Shown: positions 19,320 to 28,913, counted from the first letter of the stretch. The stretch: DNA of 64,000 bases from Anaerolineae bacterium (GCA_963675785.1 OY776562.1:608001-672000), one strand, 5' to 3'. Program-made: numbers and translations. Notes: generated by a model from the sequence alone, not told the origin.

Positions 19320-20120
19320 ATGCGATTTGCGGTCAATTCAGGGTTAGCCCTCTTTTACCTAACAGCTATGCTGGTCTTGATGCCAGCCATGGTGTCTGCC
19401 GATGAACCCGTTGTGTGCTCGAACTGCTCGCTATCTGCTGAATCTATCGTCGAAACGGATACAGGTGCACTGTTAGCTGAAAATCAGACAAGTATCAAGG
19501 ATGCTCTTGCTTCTGACAATACTACACGCTCTGATGTTTCTGTCGTCATATGGGGTGGTTGGGAAGGCATGGCGGTCCGTTTCTGGGTGGAGGATCAGGA
19601 GCTCGAGACTCTCTACACGGCTGCCAATGTCGACGGCGAGCAGCAGGTTATGTGGACTGTGTATCCTCCCTCGGGAGATTATTACTCGGTATGTGTTGAA
19701 CCACTTTTTGCCGAGGGACTGGATTCATCTCAATGGAACTATCGACTGGTTTGCCTTGAGGGAGGAAGCGCTGCTTACAGCGCCAACGGACACGATTCTG
19801 CAGGTTGTATGATCCCTTCATCCAGCCAAACGATTTTCTACTTTCAATTGGAACCGGCATCTGCTGACGAAGAGATAGTCTCTGTCTCGACAATTTCCAT
19901 GGCATCTGGGTCTGCAGAAAGCCCTGTTGCTGCAAATGTGAGCACAGGCGCTGTGGCAGAAGTTACTGCTGAGGTGAATACAGTTGCAGATACACAGGCG
20001 GATCTAGAAGAATTGCCGCATACAGGGATTCTGGATGACTTCAATGCCGTATCTCTATTAAACCGGCTGATCATCCTTGCTGGCTGCTCTTGTTTGGCTT
20101 TGTTGGGGAAAGAGCACTAG
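19320..20120 (+). CDS. Secreted protein with a C-terminal LPxTG-type sorting signal
   Basis: Signal peptide; LPHTG followed by a hydrophobic stretch and a short KEH tail. Confidence 0.7.
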   Translation: MRFAVNSGLALFYLTAMLVLMPAMVSADEPVVCSNCSLSAESIVETDTGALLAENQTSIKDALASDNTTRSDVSVVIWGGWEGMAVRFWVEDQELETLYTAANVDGEQQVMWTVYPPSGDYYSVCVEPLFAEGLDSSQWNYRLVCLEGGSAAYSANGHDSAGCMIPSSSQTIFYFQLEPASADEEIVSVSTISMASGSAESPVAANVSTGAVAEVTAEVNTVADTQADLEELPHTGILDDFNAVSLLNRLIILAGCSCLALLGKEH

Positions 20121-20145
20121 ATATTACATCAACCTGTGATGTAAT

Positions 20146-20174
20146 AAAAACGGCGCCGTAAGGCGCCGTTTTTT
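20146..20174 (+). terminator. Rho-independent terminator
   Basis: AAAAACGGCGCC-GTAA-GGCGCCGTTTTTT. Confidence 0.75.
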
Positions 20175-20255
20175 GTTTGTGCATTGACCTTCGGAATGTG
20201 GTATGATGACATAATATGTGTGTAGATAATACCCCCGCGTATTGAGAGGACTACC

Positions 20256-21185
20256 ATGAATAGCCCTTTGACTATATTGAAGCGTTTGCTTCTCGTTTTG
20301 ATTATTGGTGCACTGATAATGGCGGTGATTGCTTATGCAGGTCATGCTGATCCAACGGATGGCACAAATACACCTGTGGCAGCAACAACGCCCAGTTCTG
20401 ATGCAGTGACTACTGAGCCAATGGCGACTTTGACACCACAGCCCTCGCCTTCACCGACAGAGGTTATGCCTAGCTCAACGCCTACATCTACGGCAACGGA
20501 GCTTCCCGTCGCGACAGAGGCGCCTACTCAGGCGTCTGCAAATCCTGATTTCGTGCCGACGCCTGGGATATCTTCGCCGATCTCTTCTCGTTATGTGATC
20601 GGTGGCATCAATTTTGTTGATCCAACCCATCCTGTGGATATAATCTATCCACTTACCCTTGATGGGAGCCAGACCTATACTCTGAGTGATGTCGATTTAC
20701 TGGTTTCTGATGCCGATGGGGCGAATTACGCCACGTTTCTGAATATCGGTTCTTGGGTCGGCAAGCACAAGATCTTTGTCTATGCGGATGTGCTCATTGG
20801 TTCCCCAATCCTTAGTGTACATGACGGTTATTGGGCCGGCACGCCCTTGGCCGCTGAAGCTTTGCGCCATGCGATTGAGGGAACAGTTGCGAATCCTTAT
20901 ACAATTGACGTGATACAGGTTAATCTCGCCGATCTTGTTGGGGAGACTTTTACTTTTGAGCAGTCGGGCAGAATCGCAAACTTTATCGTGTCACAAGCTG
21001 TTCGCATGGACCCTGAGACGACCGATGATTATCTCTATCGCGCTGGCGAGCTTTCTGCGCTACTAGCCCCCATCGAGGATCCCGGGCAGACTATACTTTG
21101 GTTGATGTGCAGCACGGGCCAGCCTGGTGAGCCCGACGAGACGTTTCCGGCGCGTTTTGTGTTGGCGCTAACCTATATGGAATAA
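20256..21185 (+). CDS. Membrane-anchored protein, putative divergent sortase
   Basis: N-terminal TM and Pro/Thr linker; ILSVH(189), ILWLMC(285) and R(300)FVL in sortase order. Confidence 0.6.
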   Translation: MNSPLTILKRLLLVLIIGALIMAVIAYAGHADPTDGTNTPVAATTPSSDAVTTEPMATLTPQPSPSPTEVMPSSTPTSTATELPVATEAPTQASANPDFVPTPGISSPISSRYVIGGINFVDPTHPVDIIYPLTLDGSQTYTLSDVDLLVSDADGANYATFLNIGSWVGKHKIFVYADVLIGSPILSVHDGYWAGTPLAAEALRHAIEGTVANPYTIDVIQVNLADLVGETFTFEQSGRIANFIVSQAVRMDPETTDDYLYRAGELSALLAPIEDPGQTILWLMCSTGQPGEPDETFPARFVLALTYME

Positions 21186-21196
21186 ATCGGATGCGT

Positions 21197-21235
21197 GAAA
21201 AAAGCCCCTGACAACTCTGTCAGGGGCTTTTTTTC
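21197..21235. terminator. Bidirectional terminator
   Basis: AAAAAAGCCCCTGACA...TGTCAGGGGCTTTTTT. Confidence 0.8.
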
Positions 21236-21238
21236 GTG

Positions 21239-22615
21239 TTAGTTGGTAAAGCTAATGTAGGGGAGACTTACCCAGTAATCGCCTGGCCCAGGAGCAACAG
21301 GTTCGGGTGTCGGAACATAATTTACATCCAACAGAACGGGTATTGATGCCCGCGCGACAGAGTTGGTAGTCGAGGAATCTGCAATAACTTCCAGCGATCC
21401 CGTGTAACTTCCCGGTTCGAGCGAAGTGATATCTACATAAACCTGGCCGTTCGTGCCGTCGATTGCACCAGGGACTATCCAAGAAGTAGCGCTTTCCAGA
21501 CGGTAACCACTGACATTTTTCACCAGGGAGCTCATCTCAACGGCGAACGATGTGCCAGTCATTCTCGATGAGAGATCCAAATCGACATAACCCGGGTTCA
21601 CACTCATCGCTACGCGTCCCCATGTAGGCACGTGTGCCGAGGCAAGGTGCCGAATGTAATCTGAGGTAATCGATGAGTCAACAGTGTAAAGATAACCGGC
21701 GTCTGAGCTGCTCATGGTACCTTGCTGGTCCAATATGGTGATGACTGTGCCCTCTCGACCAGATTGATCGGTCCAGTTAGCAATGTGCGCCGAATCTACA
21801 AAGTTAGAGCTGGCTTGCGGATCTGAGGCTACCCAGCCGAGATCGGGATAGTAAACTTCGATCCACTGATGTCGACCGCCGTCTTCACCGACTGACCAAC
21901 CATTGATATTGGCAACGCCGCCGTACACGGAGCGGGCCGGGATGCCGACTGCGCGCAGCATTGCGATGGAGAGATTGGCGTAACCGACGCAATAGGCGCG
22001 TCCTTGATCATATACAGAAGACGCATCCATGGGGCCTGCATAGTCATAACTAACATTTGCTCGAACCCACTGCAGGATGGTATCGACCACTTCGGCCTGT
22101 ATGGTGGAATCACCCGCCAGTAGGTTGGCCTGTGCGGCAATATCCGGATCACTCACCTGAATCCATCCGGGTCGGTCGGTCAGCCATTCGGTCTCTTCTT
22201 CACCGAGTGCTGCCGAATCGACTGGGTAGGGCGCTGAAGTGTTGACTTCGCGCTCTGTAACCACTTCTATCTCTACGGTGGTATCGGTTCGGTTCAAAAC
22301 TGAAAGATGATAGTTCGCCAGATCATAATCCTGAATATCATCGAGGTTGACGGAATTGGAGATCAGCATATGGGATGTCATCGTACCGGCAAAGACATCG
22401 ATACTCAACAGGTATTGACCACCGCTATTGATGGTAACTGTGTCTGGGCTAACGTTGCCATCGAACTCAGGCTCATAAATTTCTGCTGCTACACCCAGTT
22501 CTGTCACTGTGGTCGGGTCGTCAGCAAGTATGATAGCAGGAGTGGCAAGAAGGATGGCAGCGATGATAGCAGTGATGACTAACTGTGCTCTCAGATGTAA
22601 CGGATGCTGTCTCAT
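21239..22615 (-). CDS. Secreted transglutaminase-like domain protein
   Basis: YCVGYA...MLRAVGIPAR...HQWIEVY...GWVASDP Cys-His-Asp triad; signal peptide. Confidence 0.88.
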   Translation of the reverse strand: MRQHPLHLRAQLVITAIIAAILLATPAIILADDPTTVTELGVAAEIYEPEFDGNVSPDTVTINSGGQYLLSIDVFAGTMTSHMLISNSVNLDDIQDYDLANYHLSVLNRTDTTVEIEVVTEREVNTSAPYPVDSAALGEEETEWLTDRPGWIQVSDPDIAAQANLLAGDSTIQAEVVDTILQWVRANVSYDYAGPMDASSVYDQGRAYCVGYANLSIAMLRAVGIPARSVYGGVANINGWSVGEDGGRHQWIEVYYPDLGWVASDPQASSNFVDSAHIANWTDQSGREGTVITILDQQGTMSSSDAGYLYTVDSSITSDYIRHLASAHVPTWGRVAMSVNPGYVDLDLSSRMTGTSFAVEMSSLVKNVSGYRLESATSWIVPGAIDGTNGQVYVDITSLEPGSYTGSLEVIADSSTTNSVARASIPVLLDVNYVPTPEPVAPGPGDYWVSLPYISFTN

Positions 22616-22738
22616 TTACTTGTCTCCGCATAGTTTTATAAACTTACTACTAACCTAAGTGTATGCGTAATGAGACTTTCATCCGTTAAGAACATCTAAA
22701 CCCATCGTAAAGAAAGCGTTAGGAAAGCGTCATGAAAC

Positions 22739-22772
22739 TTTAAGGCCCGGAGCTTGAGCTCCGGGCCTTAAA
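22739..22772. terminator. Terminator downstream of the aldolase gene
   Basis: TTTAAGGCCCGGAGCT-TG-AGCTCCGGGCCTTAAA. Confidence 0.65.
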
Positions 22773-22796
22773 ATGCAGAACTATAGTGTCAGTTCA

Positions 22797-23807
22797 TTAT
22801 TCCATGGAGGATTTGTATTGGCCGTATCGGGCGAGGCCGTTGAGCTTGGCTCGTTTGATGTATTCGGCTTGAGCCAGGGCGCGGTTGGCATCATCGCCCT
22901 TCCAGGCTTCCAATACAGGGGACTGAAGTGCCCGTCCGTAGGAGAAAGACAACTCCCAGGGTGTGCCGCCGATGCGGTTCATGGCATCGAGATGGGCTGT
23001 GGCCAGCTCGGCGCTCTGCCCTCCCGAAAGGAAGACAATGCCCGGAACGGCAGATGGTACTGTGCGCTTGAGGGTCTGGATTGTAGCCTGAGCTACCTCT
23101 GCCACATCGGCTTGCACGGGGCAATCTATTCCCGATATGGTCATGTTTGGTTTGAGCAGCATGCCTTCCAGGATGATGCGAGAATCATACAACGCCGCAA
23201 AAACGGTGTTCAGTGTCTCTGTGGTAACACGGTCGCAGATTTCGAGGCTGTGACCGCCGTCCATCAACACCTCGGGCTCTATAATGGGAACGATATCATT
23301 CTCTTGGCAAAGAGCTGCGTATCGTGCCAGCGCTTCGGCGTTAGCCGAGAGTGCGTTGGCTGTAGGTATCCCTTCGCCGATGTGGATAACGGCACGCCAC
23401 TTGGCAAAGCGCGCTCCCAGGTTTCTATATTCCACTAGCCTGTCTCTAAGGCCGTCAAGCCCTTCAGTGATGGTCTCCCCTGGGAAGAGAGCCATTGTTT
23501 TTGCACCCTTGTCTACTTTGATGCCCGGGATGACGCCCTTGCTAGCTAGCAGCTCGGGAAAGGGTGTGCCATCGGCGCTTGATTGCCGGATCGTCTCATC
23601 ATAGAGAATGACGCCGCTGATGTGGTCCTCGACGCTTGGTGCTGTAAAGAGAAGGTCGCGGTATCGCTGCCGTGCATCAACTGTGGATTCGACGTGAATG
23701 CTGGCCAGCCGTTTTGTGATCGTGCTGGTGCTCTCATCGGCTGCCAAAATGCCCTTGCCGGGTGCGACGAGTTCTCGAGCGGTGCTAACAAGTTTCTTAA
23801 CGTCCAT
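22797..23807 (-). CDS. Class I fructose-bisphosphate aldolase (eukaryotic/plant type)
   Basis: GKGILAADES, FAKWR, EPEVLMDG, LLKPNM, FLSGGQS, FSYGRALQ. Confidence 0.96.
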   Translation of the reverse strand: MDVKKLVSTARELVAPGKGILAADESTSTITKRLASIHVESTVDARQRYRDLLFTAPSVEDHISGVILYDETIRQSSADGTPFPELLASKGVIPGIKVDKGAKTMALFPGETITEGLDGLRDRLVEYRNLGARFAKWRAVIHIGEGIPTANALSANAEALARYAALCQENDIVPIIEPEVLMDGGHSLEICDRVTTETLNTVFAALYDSRIILEGMLLKPNMTISGIDCPVQADVAEVAQATIQTLKRTVPSAVPGIVFLSGGQSAELATAHLDAMNRIGGTPWELSFSYGRALQSPVLEAWKGDDANRALAQAEYIKRAKLNGLARYGQYKSSME

Positions 23808-23953
23808 GAGATACCCCTTTCAGGTATGTTGGCTGCTGCATAATAGTCTACTGATCGATGGTCAAGAGTATGGCCTCTGGCATGCCCCTTTGTAAAAAAA
23901 TGGTTACTGTTTATTCAAGAATAGGCCTGTTCGTTTGTGATTGTCAATGGCAT

Positions 23954-24781
23954 TTATGCGGTAGTCGAGGTCATTGTTCGTTGACGGGCACCCTTGATGA
24001 GTAAGGCGACAAAATAGCTAACGGCCGACACCAGGATGATTGTAGCGCCTGAGGTGAGGTTAAAGCTGTACGACACCCATAAACCGACCGTTGAGAAAAT
24101 GGCACCGAGGATCATGGCAATCAACATGACCACCTTCATATCTCGAGAGAACAGACTGCCGATAGCGGCGGGGATGGTCAACAAGGCGATGACCATGATG
24201 AGACCTACCACGCGCATCATCATGACAACGGTAACAGCGATGAGGCAGACGAGAATGGTATGCACTACATCAACGGGAACACCTGCGACGCGAGCATAGG
24301 TTTCATCAAACGACATGGCCAGGAATTGTTTGAACAGCAAAGCCGTTACCAGTACGACGAGCACATCCACGCCAAGCATCAGCCAAAGATAGCTGGTAGG
24401 TACGGCCAGGATGCTGCCAAAGAGGTAGCTCATGAGATCTGCCTTGTATCCCTTGGTCAGATCGATGAGCACAATGCCGATGGCCATACCGACGGCCCAC
24501 ATGACGCCGATGATCGTATCGGCACGTTCGCGTGTTTTGCGCTGCACAGCGCCCATGCCAACGGCGGCCAACAGGCTAAACCCTATGGCGCCCAGGGTGG
24601 GATCAAACCCTAAAAAGTAACCCAGCCCAATGCCGCCATAGGCCGCATGGGCAATGCCCCCGCTGATAAAGACGATGCGATTGATGACCACTAGAGTGCC
24701 AATAATGCCGCAAGCAATGCTGACCAACAGCCCGGCGAGCAGGGCGTTGCGCATAAATTCATATTGTAGTGCTTCAATCAT
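23954..24781 (-). CDS. znuB: Zn/Mn ABC transporter permease
   Basis: IAHAAYGG, YLFGSIL, FDE, VVGLIMVIALLTIP. Confidence 0.9.
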   Translation of the reverse strand: MIEALQYEFMRNALLAGLLVSIACGIIGTLVVINRIVFISGGIAHAAYGGIGLGYFLGFDPTLGAIGFSLLAAVGMGAVQRKTRERADTIIGVMWAVGMAIGIVLIDLTKGYKADLMSYLFGSILAVPTSYLWLMLGVDVLVVLVTALLFKQFLAMSFDETYARVAGVPVDVVHTILVCLIAVTVVMMMRVVGLIMVIALLTIPAAIGSLFSRDMKVVMLIAMILGAIFSTVGLWVSYSFNLTSGATIILVSAVSYFVALLIKGARQRTMTSTTA

Positions 24782-25557
24782 GCGTGTGGGTCCTCCGAGT
24801 GAGGGAGTGCAAAGACGCGGTGAGGCACCCCATGGGCGATCAGGTCGACTGGGCAGTGATAGGCCTCATCGATCATTTCGGGCGTGAGCTGCTTGTCGTG
24901 GTGGTAAAACAGTTTGCGGCTCATACAGCCTACCGTTTTGACAAAGGAAGAGATCGTGCCGATGTCATGCGAGATAAGCAGAATGGCAATTTTCTCGTTC
25001 AATTCAGAAAGGAGCTGGTAGACGCTGGCGCGACCTTCAATATCGATACTGGCCGTAGGCTCGTCCAGCAACAACACATGGGGATCGGCAGCAAGTGCTC
25101 TGGCGATATACACACGCTGCCGCTGACCGCCCGAAAGCTCTCCAATTGGCCTGGAGGCCAGGCCCAGCATGCCCACGCGATCCAGTGCCCTTTCGATGCT
25201 CTCGCGTTCCTCACGTGTTTGCCGATGAAACACACTGTTTCGCCCGGTCTGCGACATTTCTACGACTTGCCGAACGTTGATGGGAAACTGGTGATCGAAA
25301 TGGGCATATTGCGGTACGTACCCCAGACGATTCCGGCCTTCTTCGGGGGTTTTGCCTTCGATGGTTACAATACCCTGACGCACAGGCAAAAGCCCCAGGA
25401 TGACTTTGAGAAGCGTCGATTTACCGCCGCCATTAGGCCCCACAATGCCAATGAAATCCAGGGGCATGATATCCAGGTTGATATCTTCCAGAACGATGCT
25501 TTGATCGTAACCAGCATAGACGTGATTCAAACGAATGAGGGGCGTGTTAGCATCCAT
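24778..25557 (-). CDS. znuC: Zn/Mn ABC transporter ATPase
   Basis: GPNGGGKST, LSGGQRQR, LDEPT, His-rich C-terminus. Confidence 0.9.
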   Translation of the reverse strand: MDANTPLIRLNHVYAGYDQSIVLEDINLDIMPLDFIGIVGPNGGGKSTLLKVILGLLPVRQGIVTIEGKTPEEGRNRLGYVPQYAHFDHQFPINVRQVVEMSQTGRNSVFHRQTREERESIERALDRVGMLGLASRPIGELSGGQRQRVYIARALAADPHVLLLDEPTASIDIEGRASVYQLLSELNEKIAILLISHDIGTISSFVKTVGCMSRKLFYHHDKQLTPEMIDEAYHCPVDLIAHGVPHRVFALPHSEDPHA

Positions 25558-25993
25558 GGCTTTTCCCGTTTTCGGCCTGCTTGCTTTGGCATTCGGGGCA
25601 GATTCCACCCAACTGCAGCAGGTGTTCACTGACGATAAAGCCCGTATCCTTTTCGACTTGATTGATCACGTCGACGATATCGTCATCGCCGTGGAATTCG
25701 ACCGTCTTACCACACTCGATGCAGATGAGCGGATGTAGGTGCCCCAACGTGGCGGGCGCATAGCGGATCGTGCCATCGTACTGAATGAGGCGCACCACAC
25801 CAATCTCGGCAAACAAATTGAGCGTGCGGTACACTGTGGCCAAACCCAGATTGGGATATGACTGACGTGCTGTTTCCAACACTTGCTCAGGGCTTTGGGG
25901 TTTATCGCAACATCTCAGGGCATCTATGATCGCCTGGCGGGGTCGTGTGATGCGCTTGCCCGAATCGGCCAATATCTTTTTCCAAGTGTTCAT
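25547..25993 (-). CDS. Fur family regulator (Zur-like)
   Basis: RITRPR, LATVYRTL, HLHPLICIECG, CPEC. Confidence 0.9.
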   Translation of the reverse strand: MNTWKKILADSGKRITRPRQAIIDALRCCDKPQSPEQVLETARQSYPNLGLATVYRTLNLFAEIGVVRLIQYDGTIRYAPATLGHLHPLICIECGKTVEFHGDDDIVDVINQVEKDTGFIVSEHLLQLGGICPECQSKQAENGKSHGC

Positions 25994-26005
25994 AATTTGT
26001 TCCTT

Positions 26006-26022
26006 TTGAAAAAGTCTATCAA
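26006..26022. promoter_or_regulatory. Candidate Zur/Fur box
   Basis: TTGAAAAAGTCTATCAA imperfect palindrome immediately upstream of the fur-znuCB operon. Confidence 0.45.
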
Positions 26023-26130
26023 CTAGTGTAGTGCGCCGAGCGTTTTACGTCAAGAGGGCTCAGGAGTGAGCTTGTCACTTATCAGGCGAAAGCATAGAAT
26101 GGGCAGAGATAGCTAGTATGAAGGAGAGCC

Positions 26131-27306
26131 ATGTGCGCCACTGAATTGCCACTTCGTTATGGCATGAACCCACATCAGAAACCGGCCCGTGTTTTCAACG
26201 AGAATGGCGAGCTTCCCTTTGCTGTACTGGGAGGCGCGCCCGGTTATATCAATCTACTAGATGCATTGAATGCCTGGCAGCTTGTGCGCGAGCTCAAAGA
26301 GGCGTTGAGCTTACCCGCAGCGGCATCTTTCAAACATGTCAGCCCGGCAGGCGCTGCAGTGGCTATTCCCCTCAGCATAGCCGAAGCGCAGGCTTGTTTT
26401 GTGGATGATCTGGGGCTCTCGCCTTTGGCTACGGCTTATGCGCGGGCCAGGGGAGCAGACCGCATGTCCTCTTTTGGCGATTTCATCGCCCTCTCGGATG
26501 TGTGCGACGTGGCTACGGCCAATATCATCCGCCGCGAGGTTTCGGATGGCGTTATTGCTCCGGGGTATGACCCCGAGGCCTTGGAGATGCTGCGCGGCAA
26601 ACGTGGTGGCAATTATTGCGTGCTGCAGATGGACCCCGATTATGTGCCCGCTCAGATGGAGCAGCGCCAGGTGTTCGGGTTGACGCTGGAGCAAAAGCGC
26701 GATGATGCTCGTATCGAAGAGGGGCTTTTTGGCAACATTGTCACGCAGTCCCACGATTTGCCCGACACGGCCGTGCGCGATCTGTTGGTGGCTACCATCG
26801 CTCTCAAATACATCCAGTCCAATTCGGTGTGCTTTGCTTACAACGGTCAGATCACCGGTGCTGGCGCCGGCCAGCAATCGCGGGTGCACTGTACCCGACT
26901 GGCGGGTGATAAATCGGATCGCTGGTTCTTGCGGCAACACCCGCGCGTACTTGAATTCCAGTTCGCCAAAAAGCTCAAGCGAGCCGACCGCAATAACGCC
27001 ATCGATTTGTTCTTTGTGGATGATCTGACGCCCTCTGAGCAGGCCGTCTGGGAAACCTGTTTTGAGGTGGTGCCCGAGCGACTGTCTTGGGAAGAAAAAC
27101 AAGCCTGGCTGAACCGTTCTGCCGAGGTGGCTCTCAGTTCTGACGCCTATTTCCCCTTTCGCGATTCTATCGATCGTGCCTCGCGAAGCGGTGTGCGCTA
27201 TGTGGCCCAGCCCGGCGGCTCGGTGCAGGATGAGGGCGTCATTGCTGCCGCTGATGAATACGGTATGACCATGTGCTTAACCGGGACGCGGCTGTTTCAC
27301 CACTAG
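26131..27306 (+). CDS. purH: AICAR formyltransferase (short PurH lacking the IMP cyclohydrolase domain)
   Basis: Begins at LRYGMNPHQ; [28 protein letters not shown]. Confidence 0.9.
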   Translation: MCATELPLRYGMNPHQKPARVFNENGELPFAVLGGAPGYINLLDALNAWQLVRELKEALSLPAAASFKHVSPAGAAVAIPLSIAEAQACFVDDLGLSPLATAYARARGADRMSSFGDFIALSDVCDVATANIIRREVSDGVIAPGYDPEALEMLRGKRGGNYCVLQMDPDYVPAQMEQRQVFGLTLEQKRDDARIEEGLFGNIVTQSHDLPDTAVRDLLVATIALKYIQSNSVCFAYNGQITGAGAGQQSRVHCTRLAGDKSDRWFLRQHPRVLEFQFAKKLKRADRNNAIDLFFVDDLTPSEQAVWETCFEVVPERLSWEEKQAWLNRSAEVALSSDAYFPFRDSIDRASRSGVRYVAQPGGSVQDEGVIAAADEYGMTMCLTGTRLFHH

Positions 27307-27314
27307 GAGAGTCA

Positions 27315-27851
27315 ATGGTTTCTTTATTCCAGTCTGAGCGGATTCGCCTGGCTGCGCCGACAAACGCCGATGCGCCGGTCGTCGCTTCTTGGTTCGAAAA
27401 CGACGAATTCTGTCGTTCTTTTGATGCTCGTGCCGCAATGCCCCGTACCACAGAGCAGATCTTGACCGAGTTTCAAGAGGCCAGTGAAAGCAAGAACGCT
27501 TACAAGTTTGCCTTTCGTTTGTGCGGCGATGACGTGTTGATCGGCATTGGCGATATTGAGAGCATTCTTTGGACTCACCGCGTAGGCTGGGTGAGCTTGG
27601 CACTGGGGCCAGCGTATTGGGGGCAAGGGTATGGCACTGAGGCCCTGCAATTGCTGTTGCGTTATGCCTTTTGCGAATTGAACCTGTATCGTTTACAGCT
27701 TACCGTGTTCGATGATAATGCGCGGGCACTGGCTCTTTATCGCAAGGCGGGCTTTCAAGATGAGGGTGTTTTTCGCAAGTTCTTGCTGCGTGACGGCAAA
27801 CGCCACAGCATGTTACTGATGGGCCTGCTGGCCGACGAATGGCGTGGCTAG
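27315..27851 (+). CDS. GNAT N-acetyltransferase (RimJ/RimL family)
   Basis: WGQGYGTEAL, LNLYRLQL, NARALALY. Confidence 0.9.
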   Translation: MVSLFQSERIRLAAPTNADAPVVASWFENDEFCRSFDARAAMPRTTEQILTEFQEASESKNAYKFAFRLCGDDVLIGIGDIESILWTHRVGWVSLALGPAYWGQGYGTEALQLLLRYAFCELNLYRLQLTVFDDNARALALYRKAGFQDEGVFRKFLLRDGKRHSMLLMGLLADEWRG

Positions 27852-27900
27852 ACTTGATGACCGAGTGGATTCGCAATGACGAATGAGGGGGGCGTGTAGC

Positions 27901-28413
27901 ATGCCAGAATTGACTGTGTGTGATATTTGCGCTCAATCGGCAGGACCGTTTGAAGAACGCCGACTATACTCAGCCAGGCGAGAGGAAAAGCGTAAAGATG
28001 CCACTTGGTCTACATCAAGGGTGGTGCTGCACCTGGGCGATTTCAAGGCGGAGACGATTCGCGTCTGTCCTGAATGTCGGCGGCGCGCCACATGGTTCTA
28101 TCTTGGCCCTGTGCTGGTTGCAGTAGCACTACTGGTTCTGGCGGTGTTGTGGTTCTTTATCGCACCGCTTATCGCTTCCAATCTAGATGATGCCCATCGC
28201 GTGTGGCCTTTTCTCATTCCTGTCATCGCCATCTTTAGTGTGCGCCCTTACATTCGCCACAAGGCAGGTTCACCGGATGCCAACCTGGCCGAGAATCCTG
28301 TCGAGATGTTCTCGCTAGATTTCTACCTGGTCACGCGGTTGATGGAGAAACATCATGATCGTATTTACTGGACGGCCAAGTCGTACAAGCGCTATAAGAA
28401 AAAGTTTCAATAG
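27901..28413 (+). CDS. Hypothetical membrane protein with two CxxC motifs
   Basis: CDIC...CPEC followed by two TM helices. Confidence 0.6.
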   Translation: MPELTVCDICAQSAGPFEERRLYSARREEKRKDATWSTSRVVLHLGDFKAETIRVCPECRRRATWFYLGPVLVAVALLVLAVLWFFIAPLIASNLDDAHRVWPFLIPVIAIFSVRPYIRHKAGSPDANLAENPVEMFSLDFYLVTRLMEKHHDRIYWTAKSYKRYKKKFQ

Positions 28414-28425
28414 GAGACGGATATT

Positions 28426-28869
28426 ATGCTAAAATCGCCCCTCACGCATCCCGAAATCCTGGAAGCTTTGGGCAAAGCGGGCCACGGCTCGCAGGTGCTT
28501 ATTGCTGATGGCAACTATCCTTTTTCTACAGGTGCCAACCCGGCGGCGAGGACGGTATTCCTCAATCTGACACGCGGTTTTGCTCCCGTCGACGAGGTGC
28601 TGGCTGTGCTGCATCAGGCTATTGTTGTCGAGGCTGCTCACGTGATGCGCCCGGCCGATGGCAACGACGCCCCCATCTTTGATGCCTTTCGTGAGATTCT
28701 GGGGTCGGAGCTGCCACTTGAATATTACGAGCGTTTTGATTTCTACGATGCGGCTCGCAAGCCGGATGTGGCTCTAGTCATTGCCACCGGCGAGCAGCGT
28801 ATCTATGCCAACATTCTGTTGACCCTTGGTGTGGTCATGGAAGAAGGCTGGGATCGCCCCATCAAATAA
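28426..28869 (+). CDS. RbsD/FucU family sugar mutarotase
   Basis: GHGSQVLIADGNYP, ERFDFY, TGEQRIYANI. Confidence 0.93.
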   Translation: MLKSPLTHPEILEALGKAGHGSQVLIADGNYPFSTGANPAARTVFLNLTRGFAPVDEVLAVLHQAIVVEAAHVMRPADGNDAPIFDAFREILGSELPLEYYERFDFYDAARKPDVALVIATGEQRIYANILLTLGVVMEEGWDRPIK

Positions 28870-28881
28870 GAGGATAAAACC

Positions 28882-28913
28882 AAAGGGGCCGGACATGTGT
28901 CCGGCCCCTTTTT
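28882..28913. terminator. Bidirectional terminator
   Basis: AAAGGGGCCGGACA-TG-TGTCCGGCCCCTTT. Confidence 0.75.

Noticed and set aside
26023-26130. Possible ZTP riboswitch upstream of purH
   Set aside because: The conserved GACUGGCG and GCCUGGGC elements were not found, and the region is short.
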